A DNA stretch of 14,949 bases, from positions 1-14,949 of the IMG/VR virus record IMGVR_UViG_3300022751_000001; one strand, written 5' to 3'. This document shows positions 12,536 through 14,949 of this stretch, one piece after another. This DNA comes from a virus. Lineage: Duplodnaviria; Heunggongvirae; Uroviricota; Caudoviricetes. The position numbers and the translations under genes were made by a program. The notes under the pieces are model-generated. The model was not told the origin of the DNA. It was given only the letters and a program-made list of their open reading frames with translations, and did not search any database. Each line of letters begins with the position of its first letter. Position 1 is the first letter of the stretch.

Positions 12536-12783
12536 TGTTCGGATACGCACAACACAAAGAACGAGTAGAGGAAATGACGTATATGCTTCCTCGGGTGCGA
12601 CTCGAAGGACCAGCTAAGACAATCATTGACAAAGGGCACTATTCGCGCCCAACTTATACCAAATCAGGTAAAGCTCCGTTCTCACAGAGTATCAACGATG
12701 CCTTTATTCGTAAGGGTTTGATGGAGATACGAGTTCGGCTCAACTTCGCAACCGATAAAGACTTTAAAGGAGTTAAATCATAA
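12535..12783 (+). CDS. hypothetical protein (82 aa)
   Basis: SD AAAGGT; TAATG overlaps at both ends. Confidence 0.75.
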   Translation: MFGYAQHKERVEEMTYMLPRVRLEGPAKTIIDKGHYSRPTYTKSGKAPFSQSINDAFIRKGLMEIRVRLNFATDKDFKGVKS

Positions 12784-13673
12784 TGAGCAAAACATCACTA
12801 ATTGAAAAGATGCTGGACCGTATCAAAGAGCAACCTCGTATCGCCTTAGCGATTGAGGGTCAAGCTGGTATGGGCAAGTCAGCAATCGTTGAGAGCTGGG
12901 CGACAGAGAATGATATTCCTGTCGTTAAGTTACTCGCAAGCACACTAAGCGAGGAAGACATCGCAGGTGTAATCGTAGCCGACCACGAAAGTCATACAGG
13001 TGAGTACTACTCCCTTGGCCTTCTTGACAAGGTTGTAAAAGAACGTACAGTATTGTTCCTAGATGAGCTTAACACCTCTGTAAAGGAAACAGCAGATGCT
13101 TTGCTGACACTTATTGAAAGTCGCCACCTGCCTGACGGTACAAAGCTACACCCTGAAACAATCATCGTAGCGGCAATGAACCCTGCGATTGCCTACGGTA
13201 ACTATGAACTATCTCCTGCAATGCGTAACCGTTTTGCTTGGGTACGTTGGACACAAGACGCTAAAGAATGGTGGACGAACTTTGGTGTTGACGTGCCTGA
13301 AGACGATGACGTTCGAGTTATGGTTGACAAGCTAATTAACGAGGACGGTTTGGTCTTTACAGACGACAAGGGCTTCACAGAAGAAACGAACGTGTTTACC
13401 ACGCCTCGATCTTTGACTCGGCTCTTGCAGTTCGCAACATCAGTGCAGGACGTTAAATTGTTCTCACCAAGTTTCATCGGTAAGGACGCAGTTGCACTTA
13501 TTGATGCCTACAAAGAAGTAGACGTTGATATTCGTGGTAATGCCTTCTTCAGTCGTGAAAAGGCTGAACCAAAAGCTAAATCAACAGGTGCTAAGGGCGC
13601 GACTGGTACTAACGGTATTCAGGTCAGTAGCCTACACGCACGACTAAGCAAACGTATCGAAGAACGGGAATAA
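12783..13673 (+). CDS. MoxR-like AAA+ ATPase (AAA_5 type)
   Basis: Walker A GQAGMGKS, Walker B VLFLDELN, sensor IVAAMNP, LSPAMRNRF arginine-finger motif, TPRS sensor-2; SD AAGGAG; adjacent to a vWA gene. Confidence 0.9.
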   Translation: MSKTSLIEKMLDRIKEQPRIALAIEGQAGMGKSAIVESWATENDIPVVKLLASTLSEEDIAGVIVADHESHTGEYYSLGLLDKVVKERTVLFLDELNTSVKETADALLTLIESRHLPDGTKLHPETIIVAAMNPAIAYGNYELSPAMRNRFAWVRWTQDAKEWWTNFGVDVPEDDDVRVMVDKLINEDGLVFTDDKGFTEETNVFTTPRSLTRLLQFATSVQDVKLFSPSFIGKDAVALIDAYKEVDVDIRGNAFFSREKAEPKAKSTGAKGATGTNGIQVSSLHARLSKRIEERE

Positions 13674-13674
13674 T

Positions 13675-14880
13675 ATGAAAATCTATGACGACCAGGACAA
13701 GCTAGACGCTCTCGTGAAATCCTTGAAGCGTCATGGCTATACTTCATACGGTGTTGCCCTACAGCAACTCGGTACTCGATGGACAGATGAAAAAGGTGTA
13801 ATCGGCTTCACGAACCCACAAGGTATCGTGATTAACGGCACTCTTAATATCAACGAGCAATCTTTGGTAGCCCGTCACGAAGTATTGCACACGCTTCTAC
13901 GGCACCTAGACGACAAAATCTGGGGTGACGGACGTGACGACCACGAAATTCGGAACATGGCTGGTGACTTAGAGTTATCCCACTACTACGATGAGGTTGA
14001 CAGCCGACACTTTAATATCGGTGGTCCTCTAGCAGGTGGTTTGAACGTGCAACGACGTGCCCACAACAAGTACTACGGCAAAGATGCCATCGAAATCTAT
14101 GACGACCTAATCAAGAACGGTAAGGCTAAAGGTCAACCGCTTGGTGATTGTATTCAGGGAGATGGCAAGGGTCAAAGTAGTGGGGCGAGCGCAGGAGACC
14201 TTGACGATAAGGGTAAGAAGCAGGATACATCTGTTCAGCCTAGTTCTCAGCCTCAAGGTATGAGCGATAAAGTCAAGAAGGAACTCTTGAAGAAGATTAA
14301 GCACGAGCGACAGGAACGATACGAGCAAGCAGACATTCAAAAAGGTTTGCGGGACGAGGTCGATATTGACGCTGAACTTGAGTTATTCTATTCCCTTAAC
14401 CGTTACTTTATCAAAGAGCAACAGTTGAGCCGAAACAAGAGCTACGCACGACCAAACAAGAAGTACCAAGGCGCTATCGTTAAGAAGGGCCGACGTAAGA
14501 CACGCAGCCCAGGCAAGACTTTAGTTGTTTATATTGACCGTTCGGGAAGTATGAGCGATGAAAAGACTGGTAAAGCCGAGCGTATTCTTGCAAACACAGT
14601 CAAACGGCTCAACCACGTTACCGTGATTACCAAATACTTTAGCGATGAAGTATCTATGAGCGGCAACATTGGTGGTGGTACTAACTATTCTGCCGTTATT
14701 GACGACATAATGATTAACAAGTACCGAGATGTGGCGATTGTAACCGACAACGACAACGACGGGCGAATGAATATCGCTGACGTTGACGCGGCATGGATCG
14801 TTTCAGTTGAGCCTGGCTATGGCACTCGTATCGCACACCGTTTCAATGCGACAATGCTCGTGGAAACGGAGATACGATAA
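13675..14880 (+). CDS. HEXXH putative metallopeptidase plus vWA domain protein (DUF2201-like)
   Basis: HEVLH in the N-terminal domain; low-complexity G/Q/S/K linker; C-terminal vWA with MIDAS DRSGS, GGTNY and IVTD. Confidence 0.85.
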   Translation: MKIYDDQDKLDALVKSLKRHGYTSYGVALQQLGTRWTDEKGVIGFTNPQGIVINGTLNINEQSLVARHEVLHTLLRHLDDKIWGDGRDDHEIRNMAGDLELSHYYDEVDSRHFNIGGPLAGGLNVQRRAHNKYYGKDAIEIYDDLIKNGKAKGQPLGDCIQGDGKGQSSGASAGDLDDKGKKQDTSVQPSSQPQGMSDKVKKELLKKIKHERQERYEQADIQKGLRDEVDIDAELELFYSLNRYFIKEQQLSRNKSYARPNKKYQGAIVKKGRRKTRSPGKTLVVYIDRSGSMSDEKTGKAERILANTVKRLNHVTVITKYFSDEVSMSGNIGGGTNYSAVIDDIMINKYRDVAIVTDNDNDGRMNIADVDAAWIVSVEPGYGTRIAHRFNATMLVETEIR

Positions 14881-14949
14881 TGGTGATACTCGATAGAAAA
14901 TGGAAGCACGACCTGTTTCAATTAGGGGCTTTTGTTTTAATAGCAACTA
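14880..14949 (+). CDS. start of next gene (3' partial)
   Basis: TAATG overlap with the vWA stop, SD GGAG; MVILDRKWKHDLFQLGAFVLIAT is open to the window end. Confidence 0.5.
   Translation, partial: MVILDRKWKHDLFQLGAFVLIAT

Noticed and set aside
1-14949. Stop-codon recoding (TAG or TGA read-through codes)
   Set aside because: TAA, TAG and TGA all end genes exactly at overlaps with the next start, and the long conserved genes are uninterrupted under code 11.

Overview
This window is part of a tailed dsDNA bacteriophage (or prophage) genome read in genetic code 11. The host cannot be determined, and no integrase, terminase, tRNA or CRISPR array is visible. Minus-strand head genes, an HK97-type prohead protease with an acidic scaffold-like extension (<1-953) and a portal (2962-4635), are split by a plus-strand cassette of six small genes. 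One of those genes encodes a PHD-like C4HC3 finger and ends in an SSB-like DELPF tail. Upstream of the portal is an apparent ~125-nt non-coding transcript with its own consensus promoter and terminator and two unpaired C-rich (anti-Shine-Dalgarno-like) tracts. A plus-strand regulator cluster follows (one RHH protein, then three HTH proteins carrying four related HTH units). A largely non-coding control region (about 7.3-10.4 kb) holds two paralogous lysine-rich genes, a tandem pair of parS-like palindromes, several repeats and divergent promoters. The window ends with an early-type SD-led operon containing a MoxR-like AAA+ ATPase and a HEXXH-peptidase/vWA protein. Four plus-strand genes appear leaderless (-10 box 6-7 nt before the ATG), and four promoters share AAAACCTATTG. 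All protein family calls come from motifs read by eye, without database searches.
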